DNA of 64,000 bases, from the UHGV virus genome UHGV-0134996, one strand, 5' to 3'. Positions 9,771 to 18,982 of this stretch are shown piece by piece. The stretch is from a virus. Below the pieces are notes generated by a model that was given only the letters and a program-made list of their open reading frames with translations, had not been told where the DNA came from and did no database searches. Within the stretch, counting starts at the first letter, position 1, and every line of letters starts with the position of its first letter. The translations under genes and the position numbers were made by a program.

Positions 9771-10621
9771 GCCTCCTGCGGCGGTTCTGGTAGCGGCATC
9801 CAGAACAAGGCGTTCCCTAACCACGATAAAGTGCCGTCGCTCAACTCCACGTATTCCCCTTGTACCTGTCCTGCCATATACTCGCCGTGCTTTGAATAAA
9901 TTAAAATCCAATCATCTTGAGGGGGCATTCGCTCACTACAGCTTATCCAACCATCCGGAGTTACCGGAGAGTTGCCTGCCAGTCTACGCAAAACAGCCTT
10001 AACAGCCTCAATACGGTCATCATCGTAACTTTCCGCCGTATCTATGCGGTCGAGCATGATGATTGCGTTATCAATATCAGGATTGCCGGTCCACTCATTA
10101 CCGCGATTGGATTCGGCAGCCTGGTTGCCGCGTACTGGTTGATTGTCGGCTTTACCCAGTCTGTCGTCGCTGCATGAATGCCCTTCCAGCCAGGCCAATG
10201 CTTGTCGCATGAAATACGCAATATGTTTGCCGTGGTAATCGTCTTCATCGATGTGAAAAGCGATACTACGAATGTATTCAATTGCGTTTTCAATGGCCTC
10301 TAACGCTATCGGCGCTGGCGGAGTGGTATATAGTTTTCGACATTTGTATATCCAACCGGCATGGTCAGGCGTGTCTGTAAAACGCAAATCGTCTTCGTAG
10401 CACTCACGACTACGTTCTTTCCATTCCGTCCACGGAACACCGCTATTCCAGGTGGGGCGAGTGCAGGACTGATACAGAACAGGCTCTGCTTCCAGCGATG
10501 CCAGCACGATACGCGCCAGTTCTTCCGCTTCTTCTGCTGGCAGTACAACGTTGCTATCAGGTCCGTATGTTTCGCGCCACTGCTTGATTGTCAGCAGTCG
10601 CTCTTTGGTAATAGTGATCAT
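9764..10621 (-). CDS. DUF551-like protein (lambdoid ea-type)
   Basis: 285 aa; C-terminal W...SCSERMPP...W pattern. Confidence 0.45.
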   Translation of the reverse strand: MITITKERLLTIKQWRETYGPDSNVVLPAEEAEELARIVLASLEAEPVLYQSCTRPTWNSGVPWTEWKERSRECYEDDLRFTDTPDHAGWIYKCRKLYTTPPAPIALEAIENAIEYIRSIAFHIDEDDYHGKHIAYFMRQALAWLEGHSCSDDRLGKADNQPVRGNQAAESNRGNEWTGNPDIDNAIIMLDRIDTAESYDDDRIEAVKAVLRRLAGNSPVTPDGWISCSERMPPQDDWILIYSKHGEYMAGQVQGEYVELSDGTLSWLGNALFWMPLPEPPQEAK

Positions 10622-11133
10622 GCCGCGTTTCCTTCTTTCTTATTAACAATTACACCGTCATATATTTCATTAAGGTGCCCTCTCAACTCCATGCGCCTTA
10701 ATGCAGATAACATGTAATCGCATTCAACCTGCTTATTCCCAATAAAAGGTTTATCTTCAGGGTTACCCCAACAGCAATTACCCTTGGGCCACCCATGTAC
10801 TTTCCGTACTCTTCCGTTAACAACGTGAAGTAATCCCCAGCCAGGTGGTAAATCCTCAATTGAAATAATTCCCGGCTCACTAATAAAGAATCGCCAGTCG
10901 CCCATTCCAAGAGACGGATTTTTACGAAAACGCTTTTTTCTATCTGCCAACAAATCAGCACGAGAACACTTCGCCTCTATCAGGCATGATGCTGAATTTC
11001 TGAACCCCATAGCATCTGGCTGTTCTCCGGTACTGGTTACAGCTATAAAGCGGTCATGAAAACAAACCTTGAACCCGTTGCGCTTAAGGAACTTGTACGC
11101 AATCTGACAGAGTTCGCGGTGTGTTAACGCCAT
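10618..11133 (-). CDS. PD-(D/E)XK-type nuclease-like protein
   Basis: Start MALTHREL; D...EAK motif (DAMGFRNSASCLIEAKCSRAD). Confidence 0.4.
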   Translation of the reverse strand: MALTHRELCQIAYKFLKRNGFKVCFHDRFIAVTSTGEQPDAMGFRNSASCLIEAKCSRADLLADRKKRFRKNPSLGMGDWRFFISEPGIISIEDLPPGWGLLHVVNGRVRKVHGWPKGNCCWGNPEDKPFIGNKQVECDYMLSALRRMELRGHLNEIYDGVIVNKKEGNAA

Positions 11134-11134
11134 A

Positions 11135-11323
11135 TCACTCTCCTTTAGTGCGCAAATGGTTTTTCCAGCGGTTTTGCGCCGCGCTGGGCTTTTTGCAAAA
11201 ACCACAATCCATCATCCCGTAATATTTCATCAACCCCATCCGTCGGTTGCTGAGTCTCACCCACTGCCAGACGCCAGGAGCGTTTCTACGAACTAACAGA
11301 ATCTTTGCTTTACGGTTTTTCAT
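11135..11323 (-). CDS. Small protein, MKNRKAK paralogue B (62 aa)
   Basis: ATGA-coupled to upstream paralogue. Confidence 0.3.
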   Translation of the reverse strand: MKNRKAKILLVRRNAPGVWQWVRLSNRRMGLMKYYGMMDCGFCKKPSAAQNRWKNHLRTKGE

Positions 11324-11496
11324 CTTACTGCGTACCCTTTCTTCCGCCTGTTCTGTGACGCAGTAGGCTTACGCTTTGCGGCAAAAGCCACCTGACCAAA
11401 TGGATGGAGTACCGCTATCTTATGGTTGCTAATAACCAGCTCCACCACACGCACAGGTCGCTGTAAAAAAAGTCGTTTTGCCTTACGGTTTTTCAT
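11320..11496 (-). CDS. Small protein, MKNRKAK paralogue A (58 aa)
   Basis: Same first 7 codons as 11135-11323; ATGA overlaps on both sides. Confidence 0.3.
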   Translation of the reverse strand: MKNRKAKRLFLQRPVRVVELVISNHKIAVLHPFGQVAFAAKRKPTASQNRRKKGYAVR

Positions 11497-11588
11497 CGCT
11501 TTGCTCTCCTGCGTCTCTTTGCTGCTCGTCGTGCCGCTGCAATACCGGTATGGCGGCGCTTTGGTGCCGGGATGATGTTGTCAGCCAT
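11493..11588 (-). CDS. Arg-rich 31-aa peptide
   Basis: MADNIIPAPKRRHTGIAAARRAAKRRRRAKR; stop overlaps next ATG. Confidence 0.2.
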   Translation of the reverse strand: MADNIIPAPKRRHTGIAAARRAAKRRRRAKR

Positions 11589-11668
11589 CAGGACATGTGG
11601 CTTTGCAATTAGCGCAGAAGCCCAAAAACGAGTCGGGTACGGTAACAAGCCGATACATGCCACACGCA

Positions 11669-12424
11669 CTACTCACCTCCGTTGATGCGAATGCCAGCGG
11701 CACGGGAATCATTCCATCGCTTTACTTCTTCACGAATTACGTCAATGCATTCTTTCGAATCCATTAGGTAATCTTCATCAAAAAGCCTTTCCTGTTCGTT
11801 TTCTATCGCAACAATGATTGCTTCAACTAACTTTTGTGCCTGAGAACCACTTTCTAACTCTGCAATGCGCTTCTCTGCGGCTTCCAGCTTCTCGCGCATA
11901 TCGTCAACGTACTCGACCAGAGATCCGCCAGCAGGAATTTCGCACTCCTCGACCAGTTGGAAGTAGATATCAGCTGCGGCCCGTGTGTTGCTATGCCTAG
12001 CGTCGCCCATCTCACCTTCACGAAGAGCATCGCGTTCGGCGGTAAGATTGGCTATTTTGCTGTCTTTGCCTTCCAGCTCAACGCGAAGCCTCCCTACCGT
12101 TAGCGCAATTTCCTCGTTCTCCTGGTCACGGCGTTTGATGTATTGCTGGTTTCTTTCCAGTTCATCCAGTAATGCCGTCACGGTAGCTGGATTGGCTGCG
12201 GCGATGAATTCAGCATTGGCCTGCTGTTCTATTTGGAAATCTTCATCGAAACCGCTTTCAGGATGCGCTCCTTCAATTCTGCAAATGGGAATATATCCAG
12301 CAACCTCGCGATGAATTAGTGCATCATCACCATCAAATCGTCCCTCTCCATATTCGAGCGACCACACACCACACGTTGCTTTCTCTGCCTTTTCACGCAG
12401 TGCCTGATAGTCAATCTTGCTCAC
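11669..12424 (-). CDS. Ea22-like family protein (coiled coil)
   Basis: N-terminus MSKIDYQALREKAEKAT typical of lambdoid Ea22-like proteins. Confidence 0.6.
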   Translation of the reverse strand: MSKIDYQALREKAEKATCGVWSLEYGEGRFDGDDALIHREVAGYIPICRIEGAHPESGFDEDFQIEQQANAEFIAAANPATVTALLDELERNQQYIKRRDQENEEIALTVGRLRVELEGKDSKIANLTAERDALREGEMGDARHSNTRAAADIYFQLVEECEIPAGGSLVEYVDDMREKLEAAEKRIAELESGSQAQKLVEAIIVAIENEQERLFDEDYLMDSKECIDVIREEVKRWNDSRAAGIRINGGE

Positions 12425-13155
12425 TGGTTGCCTCCTTTGCGAAGCTGGGCAGCAAAGTCAACTAACCACTCAGTCATTTCAACCTTCCCTACCAGGTCTG
12501 AACCAGGGTGCATACAGCAATCACTCTGCGCCGCTTTGAAATCCTTATACTCATATTCTTGGGCCACCAGATTTTTTGCAGCTTCTATAGCAGCATCCAC
12601 CCCCTGCGCCCGGACTTCAGCCAAGAAAGCGTCGGTGGCTGACATATTTCCTGTTGCCTTCATGGCCTTCAAAATAACCAGAACGCCATCTCGCCCAACC
12701 ACCTCAGCGATAACCTCGGTGTTGTCGCCAACAACATCGCAGAATGCCTGAACTGCCTTACGAGCCAGCTCATTCTCCACTGCCAGCGCCGTGCGATTAC
12801 CCTCCAGCTCTGCAATGCGCTGTTTTGCGGCATCCAGTTCAATCGACAATTTTTCCAACTGCTCTTGATGCTTCTTGTATTCCTGATATGCGTGCCAAGA
12901 CTGACCTTTGCGCACACTATCAGTGATATCAGTAATCTGTTCTGGTGTTAGCGTGGTCAGTGGCTGTGATGGGAAAATAAGCACTTTCCCGGAATCCCAA
13001 TCAAAACCAGCGTGAATTGACTGAACCTCAACTGAAGGTGTTGAACCAATGCTGCCAGGCGAATGAACAACGATTGTTACATCCATATCGCGACGATGGC
13101 TGTGGTTGTTGGACAAAATACGATTCACCAACTCAGAAAATTTGGAAATTTTCAT
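12421..13155 (-). CDS. Ea22-related mosaic protein (shares C-terminal module with 13439-14149)
   Basis: C-terminal ATDAFLAEVRAQG...RKGGNQ parallels ATDAFLAEIRAEA...IRKGSSQ. Confidence 0.45.
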   Translation of the reverse strand: MKISKFSELVNRILSNNHSHRRDMDVTIVVHSPGSIGSTPSVEVQSIHAGFDWDSGKVLIFPSQPLTTLTPEQITDITDSVRKGQSWHAYQEYKKHQEQLEKLSIELDAAKQRIAELEGNRTALAVENELARKAVQAFCDVVGDNTEVIAEVVGRDGVLVILKAMKATGNMSATDAFLAEVRAQGVDAAIEAAKNLVAQEYEYKDFKAAQSDCCMHPGSDLVGKVEMTEWLVDFAAQLRKGGNQ

Positions 13156-13475
13156 GCTGATTCCCCTTTCTCTGCTCTCTCCTGTCGGAACATCACTATC
13201 ATCAGGTCGCCTTTTGTCGCTATCCTGGCTGTTGTACCTGGTTCAATGCGGCTAAGCTCAAATGCGTCATAGAACGCTTCTAATGCCTTCTGGCGTAGTT
13301 CCTGTTTGCGCCGTTTTTTCCACTGTTTTAGGAAAATGGAACCCAGCCATCGCCATGTGCGGGACATGATGTAAAGCCAACCGAGAAGTGCCAGACCGGT
13401 ATTTAGGAGCGTATCGATCGTTATTGTCGTGTCGATATTCACTGGCTGCTTCCTTTGCGAATCTGTTCCGCCCAT
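13152..13475 (-). CDS. Small membrane protein
   Basis: 107 aa, hydrophobic segment LNTGLALLGWLYIM. Confidence 0.3.
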   Translation of the reverse strand: MGGTDSQRKQPVNIDTTITIDTLLNTGLALLGWLYIMSRTWRWLGSIFLKQWKKRRKQELRQKALEAFYDAFELSRIEPGTTARIATKGDLMIVMFRQERAEKGESA

Positions 13476-14149
13476 TCTTCAAGGGATTTCTCCGCATATT
13501 CACCAGACAGGCCATCAATCGGATGCGCTTCATTAGCCAACTCTTCTTTCGCTGACAAAATCATGCGTGTAACGTCGAAAACTTCACGCAAAGACTTATT
13601 GATAAATCCGTGATTGAACGCAGCAGCAAGACGGCTGGCGGTATAGTTAATCCCCTCGTTGCGTGCTTCCGCACGAATTTCAGCCAGAAAAGCATCGGTA
13701 GCTGGAGTTTCGCTGTGGTGCAGGGCATCGTTGATAATCATTGCAGCAACTCCGGCCTGCCCTGCATCCGTGACCGACACATGATCAAGAGTTACAGCCA
13801 TTGCGAGTTTCAGCCCGGCGTTCTCTGCCACCAGAGCCGCGAGCTTAGTCTCAAGCGGTGCTATTCGGCACATAGCATCAATATTTGTGTCCTCCAGGCG
13901 CTTAATTTCGCCCAGGAGTGCCAGCGCAACTTTTGGTGGGATAGCCGCGATATAACGGGCATTAGCACCAGCATTCCTTTGCCCATCAATGCCAGGCCAG
14001 TCAATAAAGTATCCGCAATGCCTACCCTCAGACGTGCGCGCAGGATAAATGCCGTTATGACCCGGCAAAATATATGCTACCCATTCATCTTGCGTTGCCT
14101 GTTCCGCCGCCTCGCGCAGTTCTTGATAGTCAATTGTCATTCTCGCCAT
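13439..14149 (-). CDS. Ea22-like family protein
   Basis: N-terminus MARMTIDYQELREAAEQAT. Confidence 0.6.
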   Translation of the reverse strand: MARMTIDYQELREAAEQATQDEWVAYILPGHNGIYPARTSEGRHCGYFIDWPGIDGQRNAGANARYIAAIPPKVALALLGEIKRLEDTNIDAMCRIAPLETKLAALVAENAGLKLAMAVTLDHVSVTDAGQAGVAAMIINDALHHSETPATDAFLAEIRAEARNEGINYTASRLAAAFNHGFINKSLREVFDVTRMILSAKEELANEAHPIDGLSGEYAEKSLEEWAEQIRKGSSQ

Positions 14150-14781
14150 CCTTCACAGTTGTAATCACGACAGCCTTCAAAATCATATGGGCTGTACTGC
14201 CAGGTGATTTTTCCGCAATGCGGACAATTCCAACGCACCTTCCCGCTTCGCGACTTCTTTCTTCTGTTCTGCTTTTTCAACCAGTCAGGCATGATCAAAC
14301 CTGCGCCCTGAACCATTGTTCTGCGGTTAAAGTTATTGATATTGAACGTCCGGCGCTTTGCTGCATCAGCAATGGAAAATGGCAACCAAACTATTCCTGG
14401 TTCGTTTTTGTTGGCGACGCTAAAGATGGTCGCTTTACTGAAGTCATCTGTTGGCAATCCACCGTGTTGAAGCCAGTAAACATCGTTGCCGTTCCAGCTA
14501 CCTTTTTTGTAGGCCACATACGCAGTGCAATCTGACTCAATCAGGCTTTCTGTAGGGATGTACTGGCAATCAACGTGCCACACAGCCATTGCATCCACAC
14601 TATCGGCACAAACAGGCTGATCGATATCTCGCCCACAATTCCAGGCTTTTTGGGCTTCTTCCAGCGTGTAAACATGAGCGCGATCGATATCAGAACTGTA
14701 ACCATTGCCGTTATGGCAATGGAATGAGGCGTTATTACCCACAGTTTCACGCAAGCACATCATGTAAAAACGGTTACTCAC
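14137..14781 (-). CDS. Hypothetical protein with C-terminal zinc-ribbon-like Cys cluster
   Basis: 214 aa; RWNCPHCGKITW...CRDYNCEGW. Confidence 0.4.
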   Translation of the reverse strand: MSNRFYMMCLRETVGNNASFHCHNGNGYSSDIDRAHVYTLEEAQKAWNCGRDIDQPVCADSVDAMAVWHVDCQYIPTESLIESDCTAYVAYKKGSWNGNDVYWLQHGGLPTDDFSKATIFSVANKNEPGIVWLPFSIADAAKRRTFNINNFNRRTMVQGAGLIMPDWLKKQNRRKKSRSGKVRWNCPHCGKITWQYSPYDFEGCRDYNCEGWRE

Positions 14782-14989
14782 TGGATGCCTCCCAGCAAAT
14801 TTGTCTTATATAAGAACTGTTAACGCGCTTTACTTTCCCGTCGAACTCCAGTTTCTTTAGACGACGCAAAACGTATGCCGTTTTGAGTGTGCGATATTTA
14901 TCCCTAAGCCAGTTGGTCACGACGTAAGTCATACAGCGCCCGTGTTCTTCCAACACCCGAACTATTTCTTCGTCGGTTGGCTTGCTCAT
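14774..14989 (-). CDS. Small protein, possible winged-helix DNA-binding
   Basis: 71 aa. Confidence 0.3.
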   Translation of the reverse strand: MSKPTDEEIVRVLEEHGRCMTYVVTNWLRDKYRTLKTAYVLRRLKKLEFDGKVKRVNSSYIRQICWEASSE

Positions 14990-15207
14990 TTTGTCGCTCC
15001 TTCAGCTTTCTCTACTTTCGCTGCCATGATTTCCAGCTTTTGTGCTGCCGATGCCGCTAACCTGTGAAATTCTTCATCTGTTTCAACTGGAATTGGTACA
15101 AACCTGACACCAATTTGAGCAAGGCTATGCGCCATTTCGAGACTTGCTCTTAACTCTGCTGGGGATGCTTTATTCAGGCCGACTTCCTCACAAATAACTG
15201 ATTGCAT
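14986..15207 (-). CDS. Small hypothetical protein
   Basis: 73 aa. Confidence 0.3.
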   Translation of the reverse strand: MQSVICEEVGLNKASPAELRASLEMAHSLAQIGVRFVPIPVETDEEFHRLAASAAQKLEIMAAKVEKAEGATK

Positions 15208-15216
15208 ACGCTCGCC

Positions 15217-15942
15217 CTACTGAATACGCTCAAACTCGATTACCCAAACCCAGGGATTAGCGCTCCAGCTTTCTTCGCCGTAGATGGATTCCCACAGGCG
15301 CTGGAACGCAACCTTGGCCATTGCGAAATCCCCCTTGGGAGTAAGGAATGTTCCCGGGTGATCAGGAAGCAAACTTCCAGCAGGCGGAACACCCTCATCC
15401 CTTGCATCGCATTCGCTGATATCGTTCAACCGCTCAACGCGCACGTTGGTAATTTCCACCAGGATGCGTGATGCCCATCGCGGCATGTGAATTGATGGAC
15501 GCCACCCACCATCAAACTTTTCATTCACAGTGTGAGGTTTCCAGTCGGCATCATCGGGTATCGACCATAAACCGTAATCACCAGGCTTTTGCTCACAACT
15601 GGCCCGATAAATCCTTGCTGCGTTCTTCTCATCGCCACGACAAAGGTTGTCGTTCCAGTCCACACTGCAACCATCTTCATTGCCTAATATCGCCCATGTT
15701 TCACGAACCCAAATTCGATCGCCGACGATACCAAAGGGGCAATTGAAAACACTGCTTACACCATCAGCCCCGTACCACTGAAAACCTGCACCAATTTTTC
15801 TAATCATCACTGGTGCTTCTGGACCAACTTCCGCAGGCTGATTTTTCATTATCCGCCGCGTCTGCGTTTTCCTTCCTTCGAGGATGGCTCGGACCATCTC
15901 ATCGTTGAAAATCATGCCGCGCTCTTTCACTTCGCCTTTCAT
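15217..15942 (-). CDS. Hypothetical protein, ASCH-like N-terminus
   Basis: 241 aa; MIFNDEMVRAILEGRKTQTRR; an upstream 28-codon hydrophobic ORF at ~15950-16036 may be coupled. Confidence 0.45.
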   Translation of the reverse strand: MKGEVKERGMIFNDEMVRAILEGRKTQTRRIMKNQPAEVGPEAPVMIRKIGAGFQWYGADGVSSVFNCPFGIVGDRIWVRETWAILGNEDGCSVDWNDNLCRGDEKNAARIYRASCEQKPGDYGLWSIPDDADWKPHTVNEKFDGGWRPSIHMPRWASRILVEITNVRVERLNDISECDARDEGVPPAGSLLPDHPGTFLTPKGDFAMAKVAFQRLWESIYGEESWSANPWVWVIEFERIQ

Positions 15943-16120
15943 GCATCCCCCTTACCCATGCGCGACGATGCCGCCAAAAGTGATAGAGAACAGCCAGAAA
16001 TAGATCGCGGCCATAATGATTTTGAATGCCGTGTTCATATTTTCAGCTCCTGTGATTGATTGGATACATGCCGCGCCTTGCGGCATGTTTTTATTTTCAC
16101 TTTCTCTGTTTTAAAAATCA

Positions 16121-16137
16121 AGATTTATTAGAGCAAT
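16121..16137 (-). promoter_or_regulatory. C1 operator-like 17-mer (16/17)
   Basis: Plus strand agatttattagagcaat; overlaps stop codon of HAD gene. Confidence 0.65.
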
Positions 16138-16643
16138 TACTGTTGATGGAGAAGCGCGTTTTCATACTCCCTGACCATTAACGTAAGTACGCCGTGACTC
16201 CTGAAAACACGCGCCACTTCAATCTTATCTTCCAGCGCGAACGCGATTTTACTTAGACCAATTTTCTTAAGGAGAGCAATCTTTGCTGGGCCGTCATTTC
16301 TGTCATCGGTGGCAGGACGCATAGATAGCAAAGGCTCAGCCCCGTTTGTTACGTGCTTACGCAACCAGGCTCGTGTTTTATCCCTGGCTATCTCACAGCG
16401 CCCGGTTACAAACCAGACCGTGTAAACGTTAAATAACTGGCGCACCATATCAATAACTGGAGTGATGGGAGCATCAGTGTCACAGGCAAGGTTAAACTCG
16501 TTCCAGTGCTCTGTTAATGCACCTTTGCCAGGTGGTGGAAGCAAATGCAGCCTGTCTTCCGTTGCCTCTGATATCGTCCCATCAATATCGACTATGACGA
16601 TATACGGACGTTCCTGGTGTGCGTGTTTATTGAAAATACTCAA
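16137..16643 (-). CDS. HAD-superfamily phosphatase-like protein
   Basis: 168 aa; motif I IVIVDIDGTIS. Confidence 0.6.
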   Translation of the reverse strand: MSIFNKHAHQERPYIVIVDIDGTISEATEDRLHLLPPPGKGALTEHWNEFNLACDTDAPITPVIDMVRQLFNVYTVWFVTGRCEIARDKTRAWLRKHVTNGAEPLLSMRPATDDRNDGPAKIALLKKIGLSKIAFALEDKIEVARVFRSHGVLTLMVREYENALLHQQ

Positions 16644-16716
16644 ATGCCCTCCTCATTGGACGAAAAAAATGCTGGTGGGACGCACTCCACCAGCATTAAA
16701 AGTGACACTGTAACTA

Positions 16717-17979
16717 TCAGCGAACGTAAATAGTGCCGCCGTTCTCTTTTTCCCATGCATCGCTACGTGCATAGCAAACATCGAGAAGTCTTCTTGCCGC
16801 TGTTTCCTCTAAACCCAATTCGACAACCAACTGCTCATGACGGCGGGTAACCACATCAAACAGGGTATGCAGCCCTTTATTGGCCAGTTCATCAATGAAT
16901 TCCGGTTCGAACGGTAGCTCTGCATCTGCCAACATAACCTCTTGCGCCCACTCGACACGGCGGACCAGTTCCGGGCGGCGGCTTTCCATCTCTTTACAGA
17001 TCATTTCATGGAAGAACTCTACCCAACCTTCCGGCTGGAACTCGCGGAAAATGGCCAACGGCTGGAAGTTTGGCATCAACCATTCGTTGATACGTATATC
17101 AATGGCATAGCCCATGTCGCAGCAGAACTGATAAGCAAAGTCCAGCTTAGAAACGATATAAGGACGCTCGTTATTGAACTCTTTAGGCGATGAGATCCCA
17201 TAAGCCAGGAGGCGCGGGAAGAATGAGATTTGCCCTAACGTCGGATGGAGTTTGCTTGCAGGGAAACGGCGCTCAGTAATGCCATACATTTCCTTCTTGA
17301 GCGTCGCAAATTTGGCGTTTTCATTAACCAGCTCGGTAACCTCTGCTTTTTTATTAGCAAATGCCACGCGCGCCTCGCTTGCATCTTTAATAGCCTTTTT
17401 GAGCTGTTGGTTAAGGTCGACAATCTGCTTACGCAGTTCCTGTCGCTCGCTTTTGGCTTTGTTATAGCGTTTCTCAAGGTTAAAAGGATCAAGTTTCATG
17501 ATCTCTTTATATTGAGATTTTAGAGTTGAAATCTGTGAGTTCCGCAGCACAACCATCGCGGTCATTTCATTGAGTTTTGTTTCCAGCTCAATGCTTATAC
17601 GTTCGGCATTATCAGCACGCTGGTTGGCGTCATGCGTCGCATCTTCGATCGCGTCCTGTTGCTGGCGTTTCAAATGTTCAATTTCCAGCTGAAGCTCTTC
17701 AATTTCTTTACCCTTCAGACCGAGATCCAACTGCATATTTTCAGCTGCATCTACCAGGGAGTTATGGCTATCAGCTTCTGCGTTATAAACATCAATAAGC
17801 TGTGCGTGAAGCATCTCCGCTGACTGAACCGCATTATCAAAAAAACGTGCTGTGAGGTCATCACAACTAACGCGGCGTTGCGCGGCCCGGATGTTCTGGA
17901 TAATGGCCGGGATACCGGCATTCAGGACATCAGGGATAGATACATTTTCGATTGATTGGTTTTGTGCTGAAGTGCTCAT
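16717..17979 (-). CDS. Coiled-coil protein with ~190-aa C-terminal globular domain, function unknown
   Basis: 420 aa; heptad-rich N-terminal 230 aa. Confidence 0.45.
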   Translation of the reverse strand: MSTSAQNQSIENVSIPDVLNAGIPAIIQNIRAAQRRVSCDDLTARFFDNAVQSAEMLHAQLIDVYNAEADSHNSLVDAAENMQLDLGLKGKEIEELQLEIEHLKRQQQDAIEDATHDANQRADNAERISIELETKLNEMTAMVVLRNSQISTLKSQYKEIMKLDPFNLEKRYNKAKSERQELRKQIVDLNQQLKKAIKDASEARVAFANKKAEVTELVNENAKFATLKKEMYGITERRFPASKLHPTLGQISFFPRLLAYGISSPKEFNNERPYIVSKLDFAYQFCCDMGYAIDIRINEWLMPNFQPLAIFREFQPEGWVEFFHEMICKEMESRRPELVRRVEWAQEVMLADAELPFEPEFIDELANKGLHTLFDVVTRRHEQLVVELGLEETAARRLLDVCYARSDAWEKENGGTIYVR

Positions 17980-17980
17980 T

Positions 17981-18199
17981 TCAAAGTTCCGTATTAGCTT
18001 GTGCTTCGGTCATTTTTCCTAAGTATGAAGGAGGAAGGACTACGCAATTTGTATCCAGTCCCTCACCTATGGCAGCCTGTAAAATTCTGGCTAAGGTGAG
18101 TCTCTTGTTGCGATACCTGGTGATGACATGCCTGATACCGCCGGTCGGCGTAACAAAGGCGATCAGCCAGTAGTGATATTTCCGTCGGAATGGCCACAT
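17981..18199 (-). CDS. Small hypothetical protein
   Basis: 72 aa ORF abutting the 420-aa gene. Confidence 0.3.
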   Translation of the reverse strand: MWPFRRKYHYWLIAFVTPTGGIRHVITRYRNKRLTLARILQAAIGEGLDTNCVVLPPSYLGKMTEAQANTEL

Positions 18200-18213
18200 A
18201 GTGCACCTTGTAG

Positions 18214-18230
18214 ATTGCTCTAATAAAAAA
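18214..18230 (+). promoter_or_regulatory. C1 operator-like 17-mer, inverted orientation (14/17)
   Basis: attgctctaataaaaaa on plus strand. Confidence 0.45.
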
Positions 18231-18254
18231 CGTGATGAGTGTACATCACGTTTT
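18227..18254. terminator. Bidirectional intrinsic terminator hairpin
   Basis: aaaacgtgatg-agtgta-catcacgtttt, A/T runs on both sides; follows the glycosyltransferase operon. Confidence 0.6.
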
Positions 18255-18262
18255 AAAAATAT

Positions 18263-18279
18263 GGAATTATTAGAGCAAT
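18263..18279 (-). promoter_or_regulatory. C1 operator-like 17-mer (14/17)
   Basis: Plus strand ggaattattagagcaat. Confidence 0.5.
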
Positions 18280-18280
18280 A

Positions 18281-18982
18281 TTATTCTGATTCTCGCTCAA
18301 AAAATGAGCTGATAAGGGGAAGCCAATCCTCTGACACTTCGCGAGGTCGCGGTTTGCCGTGGAAAAAGATTATTCGGCAGTCTTTTGGTAATGCCCCATT
18401 CCCCCTGGAGTAACGCGCGCTCGCATATTTTGAACCTGGTTCCACAACATCGGCCTTGTAACTTACAAACCATCCTGGATACAGATCCTGAAATGCTGGT
18501 GTATCATCGCCCATAACCTTTCGTAAGAACCCCTGATCACCCCAGCATTCAGTAGTAACACAACGAGCAATCCAACCTTCCGGATCTTGCCAGAATGCAC
18601 TCCAGATATGCGCTTTTACACTATTTGGTATCCACAGGGCACCGCTGCCACGATATTGTGGATGGTAAAAATCCCTAAGCATGGTGAAGCTGGTTGGTGG
18701 ATGCTCTAGGATTGGGCGTATATCACCGGCAATAACCGTGTCCAAATCCAGATAGAACAGATCATCGGTTATATCCGGTCGGAACAACTCTATTTTCGCC
18801 CACCAGCCACGGCACTTTTGCCACTGGTTGATCAATGGGACAACTTTGACGCCAGGTACATGTAAACGCTTCAGGTCTGTCAGGCAAATAATTTCATAGC
18901 CTTTTGGCAGTTGATTAACCAGCCACTGCACATCGGAAGCGTTATAGTCACCACCAGAGCGAAAAACTAAAGCAATCTTCAT
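18281..18982 (-). CDS. GT8-like (GT-A fold, retaining) glycosyltransferase
   Basis: 233 aa; DxD motif [12 protein letters not shown]; H..G.KP motif IFFHGKPRP as in LgtC/WaaJ-type GT8; no TM segment. Confidence 0.5.
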   Translation of the reverse strand: MKIALVFRSGGDYNASDVQWLVNQLPKGYEIICLTDLKRLHVPGVKVVPLINQWQKCRGWWAKIELFRPDITDDLFYLDLDTVIAGDIRPILEHPPTSFTMLRDFYHPQYRGSGALWIPNSVKAHIWSAFWQDPEGWIARCVTTECWGDQGFLRKVMGDDTPAFQDLYPGWFVSYKADVVEPGSKYASARYSRGNGALPKDCRIIFFHGKPRPREVSEDWLPLISSFFERESE

